From contig OZ024751.1 of the NCBI GenBank assembly GCA_964016885.1, positions 51,832,001-51,896,000 of the forward strand: 64,000 bases of DNA, given 5' to 3'. The position numbers and the translations under genes are program-made. The notes under the pieces were generated by a model. It ran no database searches, was not told the DNA's origin, and saw nothing but the letters and a program-made list of their open reading frames with translations. Source of the DNA: Eledone cirrhosa (lineage: Eukaryota). This document shows, in pieces, positions 39,012 through 53,249 of this stretch (the stretch's first letter is position 1; the number at the start of each line of letters is the position of its first letter).

Positions 39012-39800
39012 GATACCTTCTCAGTTTTAGTGTTATCGAACCCAAAGCACCAATGACAACAGGAATTATCTTGATGTTGTCAAGTGGTATAAACCACATT
39101 TGTTCAATCTTCAAATCAATATATTTAATTATTTTTTCAATATCTTTCAAGGCTATGTTATGCTCTGTTTTTTTGAGATGATAACATCAATAATCGAGCA
39201 TTCACAGCAGCTACTGCTAGATAAAGGCCAACTTTCCCCCAATTGCACCTCTCAAGGGCAATGACACACGACTGTGACCTCTGGCGTCACAAAGTAATAC
39301 AGAAGACCCGACCTCCCACAGGAACAAGCCGAAGCTGAAGCATATAGACAATATGCCCCCCTCCCCTCTACCCACTACAAAGTGGTCATGGAGGTGCCAC
39401 GGCAAAAAAGCATCCAGCCCACACTGTAAAGTGGTTGTGTAGGCGCCATGGGAAAAAAGCACCCAGTACTCACTGTAAATGAGGTTGGTGTTAGGAAGGG
39501 CATCTAGCTGTAGAAATCTCAGCCAGAATCAGTTCCTGTATGAGCAAGACAAGGTCAGCCGACTGGACACTGCCCACAACAGGGCAACCCGTCTAACCCA
39601 TGCTAGCGTGGAAGAACGGACGTAAAAAGGTGATGATGATGATCATCATTACGAACCTCAATATCAAGTCTGTTGTGTTCATGTTTGCTGTTTGTTTGGA
39701 TAGTGAAACCCCACAGTATTACTATTATTATTGTTTCATTACTGAAAACTATGTCTTTGAATTCACTTACGTCATACTCTTGGCAAAACAACAAAAACCA
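39012..39800 (-). mobile_element. R4/Dong-like RLE non-LTR relic, split by the RTE-B insertion
   Basis: ILWGFTIQTNSKHEHNRLDI (about 39650-39730) and KYIDLKIEQMW...IIPVVIGALGSI (about 39020-39150) are RLE C-terminal motifs. Confidence 0.7.
39217..39645 (+). mobile_element. RTE subfamily B 3' fragment
   Basis: Matches 21560-21960 inverted. Confidence 0.85.
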
Positions 39801-40609
39801 TCTGCTAAATGCTCAGTTGACCTTCAGTTAACTAGAGCTCTTGTGTTTATTTGTGTATATCACTGTCTTGTTTCTGTTGGATTATATAAGAAAGACTGCA
39901 AGTGAGAGGCAACACCTGTCACAATGTCACTCTGAACATAATCCTTCCCCTTCTCTACCCCCCCCCCCCCTCTCTCACTAAATATAACCATTGCATTCCT
40001 TGTAAATTGCATCTGAAATGCCACCCTTATCTTCATTACCAACCCTACTCTCTATAATCAAGCTGCTATTAAAACACAATTAGATACTTGCGACCAGTAG
40101 AGCTCAATGATTGCTAAACATAGGGTGGTGGCGCTATTGTGCATTCTCTTCTTATTCACTATAATCATCATCATCATCCTCATCGCAATCATTATCATCA
40201 CCACTACCAAAGCTACTACAACCATCATCATCATCACCAATACAAAAAGCCACCATAACCATCATCACCACAATCATTATTATTGTCATCATCACTACCA
40301 AAGCTACAATCATCATCATCACCAACACCAAAGCCACTACAACCATCATCATCATCACCAATGCAAATCTTCATTATCATTTTTCATAAGTAGCTCTGGG
40401 CCATGTTCCACTGCCCCTACCCTCTCTCTATCAAATGAATACCTAATCAGCAAAACTAGTAGAACCCGTTTTTCACGCTATTCTGCAGAAAGAACTTTCT
40501 GGTTTAGCTATGACGTGGATCTATTTTATATTGACGTCACATTTAATAAATTAATCTATAAAAATATACATGTGTGTGTGTATATATATATATAAATATA
40601 CATGTGAAC

Positions 40610-40701
40610 ATATATCTGAGGAGCTTCCAATTCCAGAGTCAGGATCGATCATTAATGGATTGTTCCTTGAACTAATTGGCAGTGAAACATATGTAATATG
40701 T
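40610..40701 (+). ncRNA. Hammerhead motif with long stem II
   Basis: AUAUAU-CUGAGGA-GCU...AGU-GAAACAUAUGUA-AUAUGU. Confidence 0.55.
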
Positions 40702-41084
40702 AATTAAATATACATATGATTCTTTGGTGGATTGGCAGTATTGGTAGAGGGTCGGACGCCATGCTTTGACGTATAGAGTTACGGCCCTTGCCATTCTGAG
40801 TTCAAATCCCGCCAAGGTTAACTTTGCCTTTCATCCTTACGGGGTCGATAAAATAAAGTACCAGTAATGCACTGGGTATTTGCTGGCCTTGTGCCTAAAG
40901 TAGAAACAATTATATTGGATTGGGAGTATCGGTAGAGGGTTGGACTCCATGCTTTGCAGCAAATAGTTACGGCCTGCCGAGGTTAACTTTGCTTTTCATC
41001 CTTACGGGGTCGATAAAATAAAGTACCAGTAATACACTGATTAATTGCTGGCCTTGTGCCAAAAGTAGAAACAATCATCATGAT

Positions 41085-41435
41085 CATCATTTTACGTCCG
41101 CTTTTCCCTGCTTGCAAGGGTGGGACAGGTCTTATTCAGCACAGCATCTCTCCACTTGTCACGGTCCTTCGTCATCTCCACCGTGAGCTTCAGCGATCTG
41201 AGGTCTGTTTTCACCACCTCCGCCCATGTTTTTCGTAGTCTATCTCTACCACGTCTTCCTTCAACTGGTATTTCCTGGCACTTCTTCACCCATCAGTCAT
41301 CTTCCACGCGCATCACATGTCCATACCACCTCAGTCTCCTCTCTCGCACACTACATTCTATTCCTCTCAGACACAGTTTCTCTCTCAACACCTTTATGCT
41401 GGGTCGTTCACGCATATTGACATTGCACATCCAAC
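41085..41435 (-). mobile_element. RTE subfamily C 3' fragment
   Basis: Reverse-complement match to about 8820-9170. Confidence 0.85.
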
Positions 41436-43688
41436 TATATATATACATGCGTGAGTTTGTGTGTGTGTGTATATGTGTTAATTAATTCTAGTGCATTAGA
41501 ATTAAGCACTCCATATCACATATACCATTTCTTCTATGATATGGATTTATATAGGCTGATCCACAACAGAGTATCGATATATGCATGATCACAAAGACAG
41601 GGTGCTATTTTGTTCTAAACTGTCATTATGCACATTTATGAATAGGTCAGTGAACATTACATAATGTAATCAGGCAGACACGCCTTCATCAGACGGTTGG
41701 CTAAAGATAAATAAAACGTTTACATAATGCTAGTGACATATTGGACTATGTTCACAGCTGTCTCTGTTTTGACTGTGTTGTGGATGTTTGCTCAATTATC
41801 TAACTTCTGGTTATGATTTATGGATTTGTTGTTATCTTATCTTCTAAGGTCATGTTGACAGTCACAAACAGTATTTTTATTTCCAGGCTGTACTATATTA
41901 CATAATATAGCTATAGCGTTTTAGTTAACACTGCATTTTTTTATAAGTAACAGTAAGCTACATTCTGTATGTCTGTTTCTCTCTCTCTAATATATATTCT
42001 TCTTCTTCTATACATCTGTTACCAGTGGTTTGATGAAGCTCCTCCACTCTGTGTAGCACTTCCTCAGCTTTTTTGCAGGTGTTTGCATCATCATCATCAT
42101 CAACGTTTAACGTCCGTGTTCCATGCTTGCATATATATATATATGTGTTGTGTGTATATATATATATATTTATCACCCATGCTAACATGGAAGGTGGATG
42201 TTAAACGGCGATGATATATATATATACTCTTTTTTTTTTTACCTATTCCAGCCATCTGGCTGAGGCCATGCTGGGGCACCGCCCTTGTATGTGCACACAT
42301 ACACACATATATATATTAACCATGTACATCTGGTTTAAAATAGGTACACTGTAGCCATGTGTGTCATTAAGAAGTGACTAAAAGGGTTGGTGTTAGGAAA
42401 GGCATCTGGTTGTAAAACATTGCCAAAAAAAGTCTCATCCAACCCATAGAAAAGTTAATGTAAAAATGATGATGAGTGTGATATCATTTCATTTTACGTC
42501 CACTTTTCCCTGCTTGCAAGGGTGGGACGGGAACTGATTCTGGCTTGATTTCTACAGCTGGATGCCCTTCCTAACACCAACCTCATTTACAGTGAGTGCT
42601 AGGTGCTTTTTTGCCGTGGCACCTCCACGACCACTTTACAGTGGAATGATAGGGACTGGAGTCCCTATCATCTCATTTCTACAGCTGAGTAAACTGGAGC
42701 AATGTGAAATAACGTATCTTGCTCAAGGAAACAACACATCACCCGGTCTGAGAATTGAACTCACAACCTTTCGATTGCAAGGCCAATGCTCTAACCACTA
42801 AGCCCTGTGCCTCCATATATATATATATATATTCAGTTTAGTCAGGCTTTTCAGGGCTGAGGAGAAAAGGAATCCTAAACCCAAATGCTTTTAATAGAGA
42901 GAACTCACCTAAAAGCATTCATCATTATCATTTAACGTCTGTATAAGCATGGGCAAGGCTTGAGAAATGAAGATAGAAAAGTAATGACGAAGATATAACG
43001 TACATGTACTTTAGATATAAATATGTCAATTCTTAAATATATATACAGTATGGTGAGGAATGTACAGGGAAGAAACATAGAAGGCAAGGGAGGTAATAAA
43101 AAAAATATATATTTAGTTCTTAGGTTGGCGAGTTGTTTAGCTACATGTCAAGACTAATTGAGCAGACCATTCCACCTTATTTTCAGACATTGTATTCAGT
43201 ATTACATTACCCAATGTATCGTTTCTTACCCCAGTTGGTAAGGTGTGATTAGAAGGAAATTTGGCTGCTATTTGTAGCAAGTCATTCAACCACAGAGATG
43301 GACGCTGGAAGAGGTTGATATTAATACAAGCATCAGATAGCAACAGAAAATATAATAAAAACTGACTGAGCAAACCTATGGTCAAAAACATTCCAGCCAT
43401 GACAACCCCATCTTTTTCTTGAGCATAACATGTGTAGGACTACATTATCCAATAAGTACCTCTCTTTTCAAGACGGAAGGTTGTAAATTGAGAGACACAT
43501 GGCTGTTGTTTCTAGCATGAGGCATTTTATTTGTCACTCTACCATAGCATAAAAAGACACAGAAGGAGAGTGGCGAATAAGAAGGAAGAGAAGAAGGAGT
43601 AGGAGAGAAGAAATATTAACATCCATTATAACTAATGTAAACACACACAATGTGCAAAATTTGGTCAATAATAAAGAAGAATACGTAC

Positions 43689-44080
43689 TTCTCATAAGGT
43701 TCTGGTGGTGGATATAGTTGGACTGTACATTTTAGTTGACCACAAGTCAATGTCATAACATAGGGAGAGAAAATATCATCAGCAAATCTTTGAAACATCT
43801 GTTGAACTGATTTTGTGGAAAGAGCAGCATCTGGGGTATAAACATCACCTCCATAACCGTTAATGTCAATTAATTTTTGAAAGAGTGGCAATGAAATGCG
43901 GAGGTTAGGATCCGATGGAGGTGCAATGCACAGTACATATAGTTTACATCTGGTACTGAAAGGTAACGGAAAGCTTCCCTTTTCACTGCTGCTCTTTGAT
44001 TCTCTTTTATGATATTTCTGTAATGAGTAAGACAAGGAACCAGGACCAACACCGGAACAACCATCTGTGATTAACAGAAC
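43689..44080 (-). CDS. INTS14: INTS14 coding exon 3
   Basis: VLLITDGCSGVGPGSL...FPLPF...LTCGQLKCTVQLYPPPEPYE; tttcag/GTACGT; 392 nt, phase 0/2. Confidence 0.95.
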
Positions 44081-45671
44081 CTGAAATAGATTGAGATTGA
44101 CATTCAAAAGAGTCATAAGACAGCTGTTGTCACTTAATATATATATATACATATATATATTAAGAGAGAGAGAGACACACACATATATATGTGTGTGTGC
44201 AATATATATATACATATACTTTTTCATTACCACATTTATAATGAAAGATATTGCCTATGATTTTCAGATCATTTCGAAAATAATTAAGAATTGGGAGAAA
44301 TTTAATCATGTAACTAACTTCCTCATTTTTTAGTTGGTGTAGAGCAGTGGATAGGCAGAGTCATAATAGCACCAAACAAAAGGTTCTGCGATATTTAGTT
44401 ATTGCCTTTTATCTTCTGTGTTCAAATCCCACCAACGTCAGCTTCACCTTTCACCCTTTTGAGGTCAATAAAATAAAGTACCAGTAAAGTATTCAGGTGC
44501 AGTATAATTGACTTTTCCCTTCCCACAAATTGTTGGCCTTGTGCTTAAATAAGAAATCATTAAGTTGGTGTTTGTAGCATAAATTAACATTTGTATTTAT
44601 CTAAAAATCTTCCATCATAATTTTCTGCAAGAACTGTTAAGTTTTGTTCCAAACATAAGCATAATAATGAGAAAGTTAGCCATACTACTAAATTCCTTGA
44701 AATTCTTGAATATTTTCAAAATGATACAAACATCAAAGACAATGTTTTTCATGAGCAATATGGTAATGAAAGGGTTAAAGTGGAAATATTGCATTTATAT
44801 CATTTATACTTTTGGAAAAAAACAAAAACTGACTGTGAGCAGAGAGTCTCTATGTGGCTGCTTAACATGCTAAAGATAGCAACCAAATATCCCTAAAATC
44901 ATACACTTAACTGTTTTAAATAACAACAAGCAGCCATTTCCTCAGACAGGTTTGATACTCATTGTGATGTCCTTTTTCAGGCAATGTTATACGGCCAGAT
45001 GCCCTTCTTGGCACCCACAATGTTTTAACTGCCGCTTATGACACAGAAATACGGTGTACCTATTCTGAACTGGATACACATAGCAAACAACTGTCTTAAA
45101 TGAAGGAAATATTAGATAATATAGTCTTAGATACCCTTAAAAAGGTGGGGTGAACATGGATCAAATACTTTTGATCCAAGGTTTGTTTAATTGAGATAAC
45201 CTAGGTCTAAACACCAACAACAACATGAACTTGTCAATACTTCCCATCTATAAATTCGAAATGCCAATGGAAAACATTTGACAAGGAACAAAACAAAAAA
45301 ACATGATAGCCGTGGTGATTTAAATTACTTCCCTTTGAACAAAAGCAAATATTTTGCTGTAAAGCAAATATTCGAAGTCAGAGTTATTATTATTATAAGT
45401 CACAGTTATTATTATAAGAGACAAGGGTGATGGATTGGCAGTATCGGTAGAGTGTCGGACACCATACTTTGCAGCATAGAGTTACGGCCCTTTACAGTCT
45501 GAGTTCAAATTCCGCCGAGGTTAACTTTGCCTTTCATCCTTATGGGGTTGATAAAATAAAACACCAGTAACGTACTAGGTCGATTTAATCGACTTTCCCC
45601 TCTCCTCAAATTACTGGCCTTGTGCCTATACTAGAAATCATTATTATAAGAGACAACAGACTGCAACTCAC

Positions 45672-45842
45672 CTGAGATGTGGCAAAGATACTCCATTCTT
45701 CAGTTATGATTGAATTCACTCCACTCAATGCTGTTTCAATGCATGTTTTGCTGTATTCTTCCACTTTATTTAGCGCATTCCTTATTTGTTCAACATCACG
45801 TGTAAAAGGGACCAGTTGTTCCCAGAGATAAGAAAATACTAC
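45672..45842 (-). CDS. INTS14: INTS14 coding exon 2
   Basis: VVFSYLWEQLVPFTRD...KTCIETALSGV...EEW; tattttag/GTGAGT; 171 nt, phase 0/0. Confidence 0.95.
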
Positions 45843-46053
45843 CTAAAATATTAATGAAAAGGACAGGTAAAGGCTGTTTGTGTACGGTTTACAATTACAT
45901 AACAGATACCATGAAAATATGTACAACTGCTATTGCATAATAAATATCATAGCTTTCTACTTCATAATATATATGTATTTTGCATTATATTATTTGATAT
46001 GATATGAAGTTATCGCTTGCATGTATTACTGTTGAAGCTTATAACAATATGTA

Positions 46054-46142
46054 AATTCCTGAGGATATGTAGACCGACGGACAGATGCATCGTGTATATC
46101 GTGGTATGGCCTGCCGTTATACATTGAAACATATGTAGAATT
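46054..46142 (+). ncRNA. Hammerhead motif with long stem II
   Basis: AAUUC-CUGAGGA-U-AUGUA...UACAU-U-GAAACAUAUGUA-GAAUU. Confidence 0.7.
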
Positions 46143-46172
46143 AAAATTATGTTTTTAAATTATATCTCCATT

Positions 46173-46207
<35 letters not shown>

Positions 46208-46955
46208 GAGTGTTTATATTAAGAGAGATTGAAATTTAAGTTTGATATATTTTATTCATAATCATGCATAACACGTTTCACAAATGATCAGCTCAGGGCC
46301 AATTGGAGTTGATTAAGGCCGCAAGATGATCATTTCGAAAACAAGTGTTATACATGACTACATAAAACTGAAACTTTTTCTCTTATTTAATATTATATAC
46401 ACACACACATATATATATGAAGCAACATTCGCCATCTTATCTACTCGCCAGATGAAAACTATACCTAAGTTAAACCATAAAACTTTACAAGTAATATAGG
46501 AGCATGTTTTGAAACCTAAGGTAATGATCAACTGTGTCAAACAGGCATTCATAATATTTCAGCTCTGTTGATAACATACAGCGCACCTTTTCTTTCATCC
46601 TTTCTAAAGAAACCCTTGTTATAACATATATATATATGTATATATACACATATACATATGTGTATATATATATATATGTTGACTAAAGAAATTTTAGCCT
46701 GATAGAGGGGTTTAGAACCCTCAGAGAAATCGAAAAAGATGAGTATTGACGTACATGTACGTCAATACTCATCTTTTTCCATTTTTCTGAGGGTTCTAAA
46801 CCCCTCTATCAGGCTAAAATTTCTTTAGTAAAAAAATATGGTGAAAGCTTCTATTTTCTAATTTCAAACTTGCTCGCTGTTTCAAAACATACTTACTTGA
46901 TATATATATATATACACACACACATATATATATATACATACATACACACACACAC

Positions 46956-47043
<88 letters not shown>

Positions 47044-47096
47044 TATATATGTATATCAGAAAAAATAAAATCTATTGAAATGTGGAAGGATCTTAC

Positions 47097-47258
47097 AAGT
47101 GATGTAAATTCTAATTTACAATTGGTTCCCATATAATCCAGTAGTGTGTTAATTCCTTGTATAGCTAGATGTCTCCGTTGATATTCTTCAGAGAATTCTG
47201 GCAGGTTTACAGGTCGACTCATTGACAGTGAGCCATCCAGAAGGATGATGGTCGGCAT
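47097..47258 (-). CDS. INTS14: Integrator subunit 14, coding exon 1 (VWA start; exon begins 47266)
   Basis: MPTIILLDGSLSMSRPV...EEYQRRHLA...KLEFTSL matches the INTS14 N-terminus; acceptor ttttcag at 47267, donor GTAAGA at 47096; phase 0. Confidence 0.95.
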
Positions 47259-48202
47259 GGTGACAGCTGAAAAGTAAGAAATACAAGATTGCTATTAACC
47301 TTTTATTAACATATTTCTAATGAAAAGCATGTAACCTTCACCCTACTTCTAACCTTAAAGTACATATTCGCAAGAATCTTATGAATCTGATGAGATATTG
47401 TCATTTTCTTATTTTGAGCTCTAATGTCAAAGATTCCATGTGTATGTATATATATATATATATAAATCAGGATGGATTCAGTTTGAAACTGGTTAGACCA
47501 TTACTCAACAAACTACTCGATAGTTGAGGTAGTAAAGCATGGTTACATTATAAAGAGCCGGGACTCAATTCTTTATAATATATATATATGTTATGTTTAG
47601 GGATGTTCATATTGCCAATAAAAACACACGAACTTTCACTTCAGCTTTATTATTATTAATTGATAATTGTGTCAAAGCTCTTTCGTCACACATTTTGTTA
47701 CCTCCTCGATGACTATTCTTCTTTGAAATGAAAGTCAAATACTGCTTGCGTTTTTATTGGCAAAATTGGCAATATAACGATCGATCCCCAAACATAACAA
47801 TATCTGTTTCAACACACGATTTCACATCAAGAATCTAGCAAAACAAATACATACACGTGTGTGTGTGTACTGCTCATTATCTTAGCTAAGTGATGAGTCG
47901 TGTTGCGCTGAAATGTCACCTGTGTACTCACGGGATCACCAGACAAGAGTATACAGGTGGAACCCTTGAGTAACAAGACTCATCACTTAGTCACAATAAA
48001 AAAATATTATTTAACTCTACTTCGGTATCGAGTACACATTCACACGTCCATCAACATTACACGGATATGTGTGTATCTATGTATATAAACAGTTTGTTGA
48101 CAAGAATAGCATTGCTTGAATTTTCACAGATAAAAAAGAATAAAAGAAAAGAAAAACTCCCAAAACTGAAAAATGTTTGGCGTTTAATGAAGTTGTACTT
48201 AC

Positions 48203-48764
48203 TAAAAATCTGGTGATATAATACCTAGAATGAAAAAAATCACAATAGTTTTGGCTTTCTGTATAAAAGCATGCCTCTTTAAATTACTGATCTTCCGCCG
48301 CTGTTCTTTGAAACGAGACTATTTTGTCAACATAATTTTATTCCGGAGATCTAAATATATCTGGACAAGAAAATTGAAAATATATATTTTAAAAAATATC
48401 TACAATACGAAAGATGTGATAATTAACTAAAACAATCTTTTAAATCATTTGAAATATTTATAAATGTAATTAGACACGATAGGTTAAATTTATTTTACCG
48501 GATTTATATTCTCCTGCAACGTAAATACACTATTCACCGTCTGCATTATTTGAGATAATTTTATTATGTCATTTTTTTTCATTTGTGTAGAAAGTCACTA
48601 TAACATCCAATTTTACCCTTCGTTCAAATTCCAGGATTCTTGATTTTATAAGAAATAAATATTATTAATGAATAGACATTATAATAAGAGTCAAACCAAT
48701 GAAAACCTTCCGGTCTTAGATATAGTTTTCTCAGTCGTTTCCTATTTGCGTATACTAATAAAAA
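48203..48764. promoter_or_regulatory. Putative bidirectional promoter with first non-coding exons (INTS14 minus, orphan gene plus)
   Basis: Unique sequence between divergent genes; minus donor GTAAGT at 48202, plus donor GTAAGT at 48765; TTCCGG (ETS-like) near 48341 and 48708; TCAGTC Inr-like at 48731. Confidence 0.4.
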
Positions 48765-51700
48765 GTAAGTAAAATTTGAAAACACCAAGTCAAACATCGA
48801 AGCGACGAAATGTACTAAGTTTCTGCTACAAGAATGTTTATATATAAACTTACACACACACATTCTCTTACTGGTTTCAGTCATTAAATCAAGAAGTGCT
48901 GCGACATCTTGAAGGATTTTTTTTTTTGTTATATCGACCCCAGAACCTATTGTAAAGTCTGGTACTTATTTCATTGATTTCTATTTATTACAGGACATAA
49001 GCAGTACCAGTGGTTAAATACAGACACACACATATCTTTGATGAATCGGAGGTCCTGACTTGTGGCATGGTTTCTCATGTACTGGGTGCATTTTATCATG
49101 GTACCGGCACTACCACTTTATTGAGTTGACTGGGTGCACTACCTCTTTACAAAGTGAACTGGCTGCATTTTATTAAGACATCAGCACTACGTCTTTACAG
49201 AGTGTAGCGAGATCATTGTGTCCTCAGTAGGGTAAAAAGAGACAGTAATATGAGAGGTGGGAGTGAAAGTAGGCTGGAAGATGGACTGTATCAGAAGCAA
49301 TGATAGCTATATGTTTGTTGCTGGTGGAGAGAAGATAAAAAGAGAAGACAAGTGTTGAGTAGTAAGTGCTGCTAGAAGTGGCTTTGAGGTGAGAGACTGA
49401 TGGCTGGCATCTCAGAAGTAGGGGAGGTAAATTCATAAGATTGAAGACCAGCGTGCAGTCTTAATGTTAAGATCAGACTAGTCCTACAATTAAGATAGAC
49501 CAATCATACTGTTAAAGTAGGTCATTCTTATTAAAATAAGACTATTCCTATAATTAACTTTAAGGCTCGTCTTTCTGTAATGATAACATAAGTCATACGG
49601 TTAAGATAAGGCTAGTTGTTCTGTGGAGATAAGACCAGTTCTACTGTCAAAGTAAGACTAGTCCACCTGTTAAGAGCAACTATGTAGTCCTACAGTTATC
49701 GATTTTTTTTTATTTTCTGACTTCTACGTGTGAACAACTTTAAGCTGTTACATTATTTTTCTGGGCTTCCATAAAAGTCAGCAAGGCATGAAGGTAAATG
49801 AACAAAAGGAAGAAAACAAACTGGATTGAGATTAAGAAGAGGGGGAGACAATAGAGAGATAAAGGGAAGGAAACTGAGAAAGAGAGCTGTTGGTGGGTAG
49901 GAAAGAACGATAGGGAAATAGAGAAAGAGAGAAGGTGGACAGGTAAAGAGACAGAGGACGGGAAGAAATAGAGGGAATGAGACAAAACAGCAAAGCATTG
50001 TATTCAATTTTCACGGACACATTTTCTTTGAAAAATTCTTTTCGGCGTAATCATTGTAAAATGTATTTAAGAAGGTAAGAATGTTAATTGATTCCCCCCT
50101 CCATTTCTGCACCCCCCACTCTCTTAAAAAGAAATGTTAAAACTCTTTTAATCTTTCCTATATATAATTGGAGGAATTTTTTGAAAATATCTCGTTAGCT
50201 TTGCCGTAATTATTGCGTATAAGATAAGGTTTAGAGTTAAGGTTCATTCAGTTTAGGGTTAGGTAAATATTGGTAAAGTTACCTTCGTCGGCTTGTGTGT
50301 ATGTGTGTAAAAGTGTAGTCACTGTAAATAGTCTGACTATATATTTTCAATTTGCTCCTTCCCACATTCTGGTTGATACGGTAAAGGTGGGATCACTACA
50401 TCTGTAGCCGAACAGAATAAAATTGAAAAATAGCAGGAATTATAGGCAAACTATATTTTGGGGGGAGTTTGGAAGATAACTTGAAAAAATTATGAACAGT
50501 TTTAATTTTGATATGAGAACTTTCAAATAAGAAGTCTTGTATTATAACATCAGGGATGGTTTCCAGTAAGTTGATATGGGAATGGTTAAGCTGTTAACAG
50601 GTAGTTTACTATTACTAACAACAACACAACCACCACCAATATTAATACTAACACCAACACAACTACCACTAGTACTACTATCAACAACAATAACACTACT
50701 ACTAACAACAACACAATCACTACAACTACTAACAACAACAACATAACCACTACCACTAATAATGGTTTCTTAAATAGGCACAAGGCCAGCAATTTTGGGG
50801 GAGGGGAAAGTCGATTAAATCGACCCCAGTGCGTGACTGGTACTTTATTTTATCGACCCCGTAAGGATGAAAGGCAAAGTTAACCTCGGCGGGATTTGAA
50901 CTCAGGCCGTAAAGGACCATAACTATGCTGGAAAGCATAGTGTCTGACACTCTACCGACACTGCCAAAACACGACACAACTAACTACATCACTAACAGCC
51001 AATCCTCTACTCATATAACAGACAATGAACAATAGGGTTTAGTAAGCAGTGTAGCTGTGAATCATACATTTATTCAACTTGTATTCATCATCATCATCGT
51101 CACTCACCCTTCTATACTGTCATGGGTTGATTGAGACTTTTGAGGACAGGGATACTGTGTGTATCCATTCTAAAAACTGGGATACACACAGTTCTGTACA
51201 GAGTACAGAGTAAGTCGTTCAAAGGTCAATGAAATCAATAAACATCATTAAATGTTGGGATTGATTGTAATTGATTGCACACAAGCCCAAAGCCAAAATG
51301 TAGGACCCTGTAGAGATGTTACAAACAATTAAAGGGCATATGCACGCACACATACAAAGAGCAAATGCATACATACACACACAAAGAGCTTACATACACA
51401 CATACAAAGGGTATATGCATTCATACATACAAATACATGTACATGCATGCAATATAGATATATAGATAGATAGATAGGTGTGTTATTGTTTTAGTATTTG
51501 AAGTAACATTTAAAGGGCATGTATATATAAAATATATATCAAAGAATATATACATTTGTGTGTGTGCATAGATTGAGAGACAGATAGATGCTTGCATATA
51601 TGTATGTATATCATCATCATCATCATTTTATGTCCGCTTTTCCCTGCTTGCAAGGGTGGGACGGGAACTGATTCTGGCTTGATTTCTACAGCTGGATGCC

Positions 51701-52064
51701 CTTCCTAACACCAACCTCATTTACAGTGAGTGCTGGGTGCATTTTTTCCATGGCGCCTACACGTCCACTTTACAGTGTGGGCTGGGTCCTTTTTTTTTTA
51801 CGTGGCATCTCCACGACCACTTTGCAGTGGAATGATAGGGACCCTAATCCTATTATCTCATTTCTACAGCTGATTAAACTGGAGCAATGTGAAATAAAGT
51901 GTCTTGCTCAAGGAAACAACACATCACCCTTTCTGAGAATTGATCTCACAACCTTTCGATTGCAAGCTCATTGCTCTAACCACTAACCCATGTGCTTCCA
52001 TATATATATACACACATACACACACACACATTCATACATAATACATAAATGTATGCATCTCTCC

Positions 52065-52108
<44 letters not shown>

Positions 52109-52210
52109 ATTGACAAAGAACATATGGTAATATATTGATTGCCTTTCCATTATACCCAAACCTACATTTCATCGTATTCAGACCTTTTGTTTTCCTGTTT
52201 CATTTTATAG

Positions 52211-52309
52211 CATGGCTGTTTAGCACAGCTAAGGCTGTGTGGAGGCATCGATGCTATGCTACAACTATGAACTCTTCAGTCTTCATCTCTAGTTTTTGAT
52301 CAACCTCAA
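52211..52309 (+). other. Probable 5'UTR exon of the orphan gene
   Basis: cattttatag acceptor and gtaagt donor; stops in all three frames. Confidence 0.45.
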
Positions 52310-53249
52310 GTAAGTGGTGCTTCTGTTGTTTCTGTCAGTTTTGTCAATGTTCTTAACATATTATTCTTACTATACATATTCTCACACACACACATATATA
52401 TATAGGAGACGAGTCAGGGCCCAAACGGCTGAGCTCCGCCCATTTTAACAGCTAGATCCAAAATGGCCGGAGCTCTGCCATCGGGGTCCTGACTCTTCTC
52501 CTGTTACCTAATCTACTACCCTAACTATTGAGTACTCTGGTGCGTTATGGTCCACCTGGTATCCTACCACACCCTCTTTGTTATATATATATTCATATAT
52601 ATATATATAAATAGTTTAGGGACTGTAACGTCAAGGAAATCATTCTGTCATTACCATAAAAGAAGCCCGATGAGCTTTTGATTTCAAAGTCAGGCCTGGT
52701 TAATACAGATCAAACCTTGAGCTGATCAATCACGAAACGCACGTCACACCTCAATAAATGTAATAAAGATTTAACACCTTGTCCATATTATATATATATA
52801 TATACCCTTGCAAGCAGGGAAAAGCGGATGTAAAATGATGATGATGATGATGATGATGAACATGTGGATATTCAGATACACACACACATGCTCACACACA
52901 GACATACCCACATTTACCCTCACACATATGCACACAAAATAATTCTGCTACAGACAATATAGAAAGTCACAAACACACACATAGAGACATGCATACACAC
53001 ATTCATCCGACACACGTGAAAATACACACACGCATACACACACAAATGTACACACATACTTAAGAACAATAGAAGAAAATCACATATACACACACGCACA
53101 CAAATAACAAAGAACTCACAGACATACACACTTATCTCCAAAAGATGATGCGTCCTACACACCAGTGCATCTTATACTCTGAGATATATGATATTATATA
53201 CATGTCTTTTTTTCCTGTTTCAGGCTAGAGAAAGTAAAATATTTCCAAT

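Noticed and set aside
50228-50263. Telomere-like TTAGGG variants
   Set aside because: Only a few degenerate units
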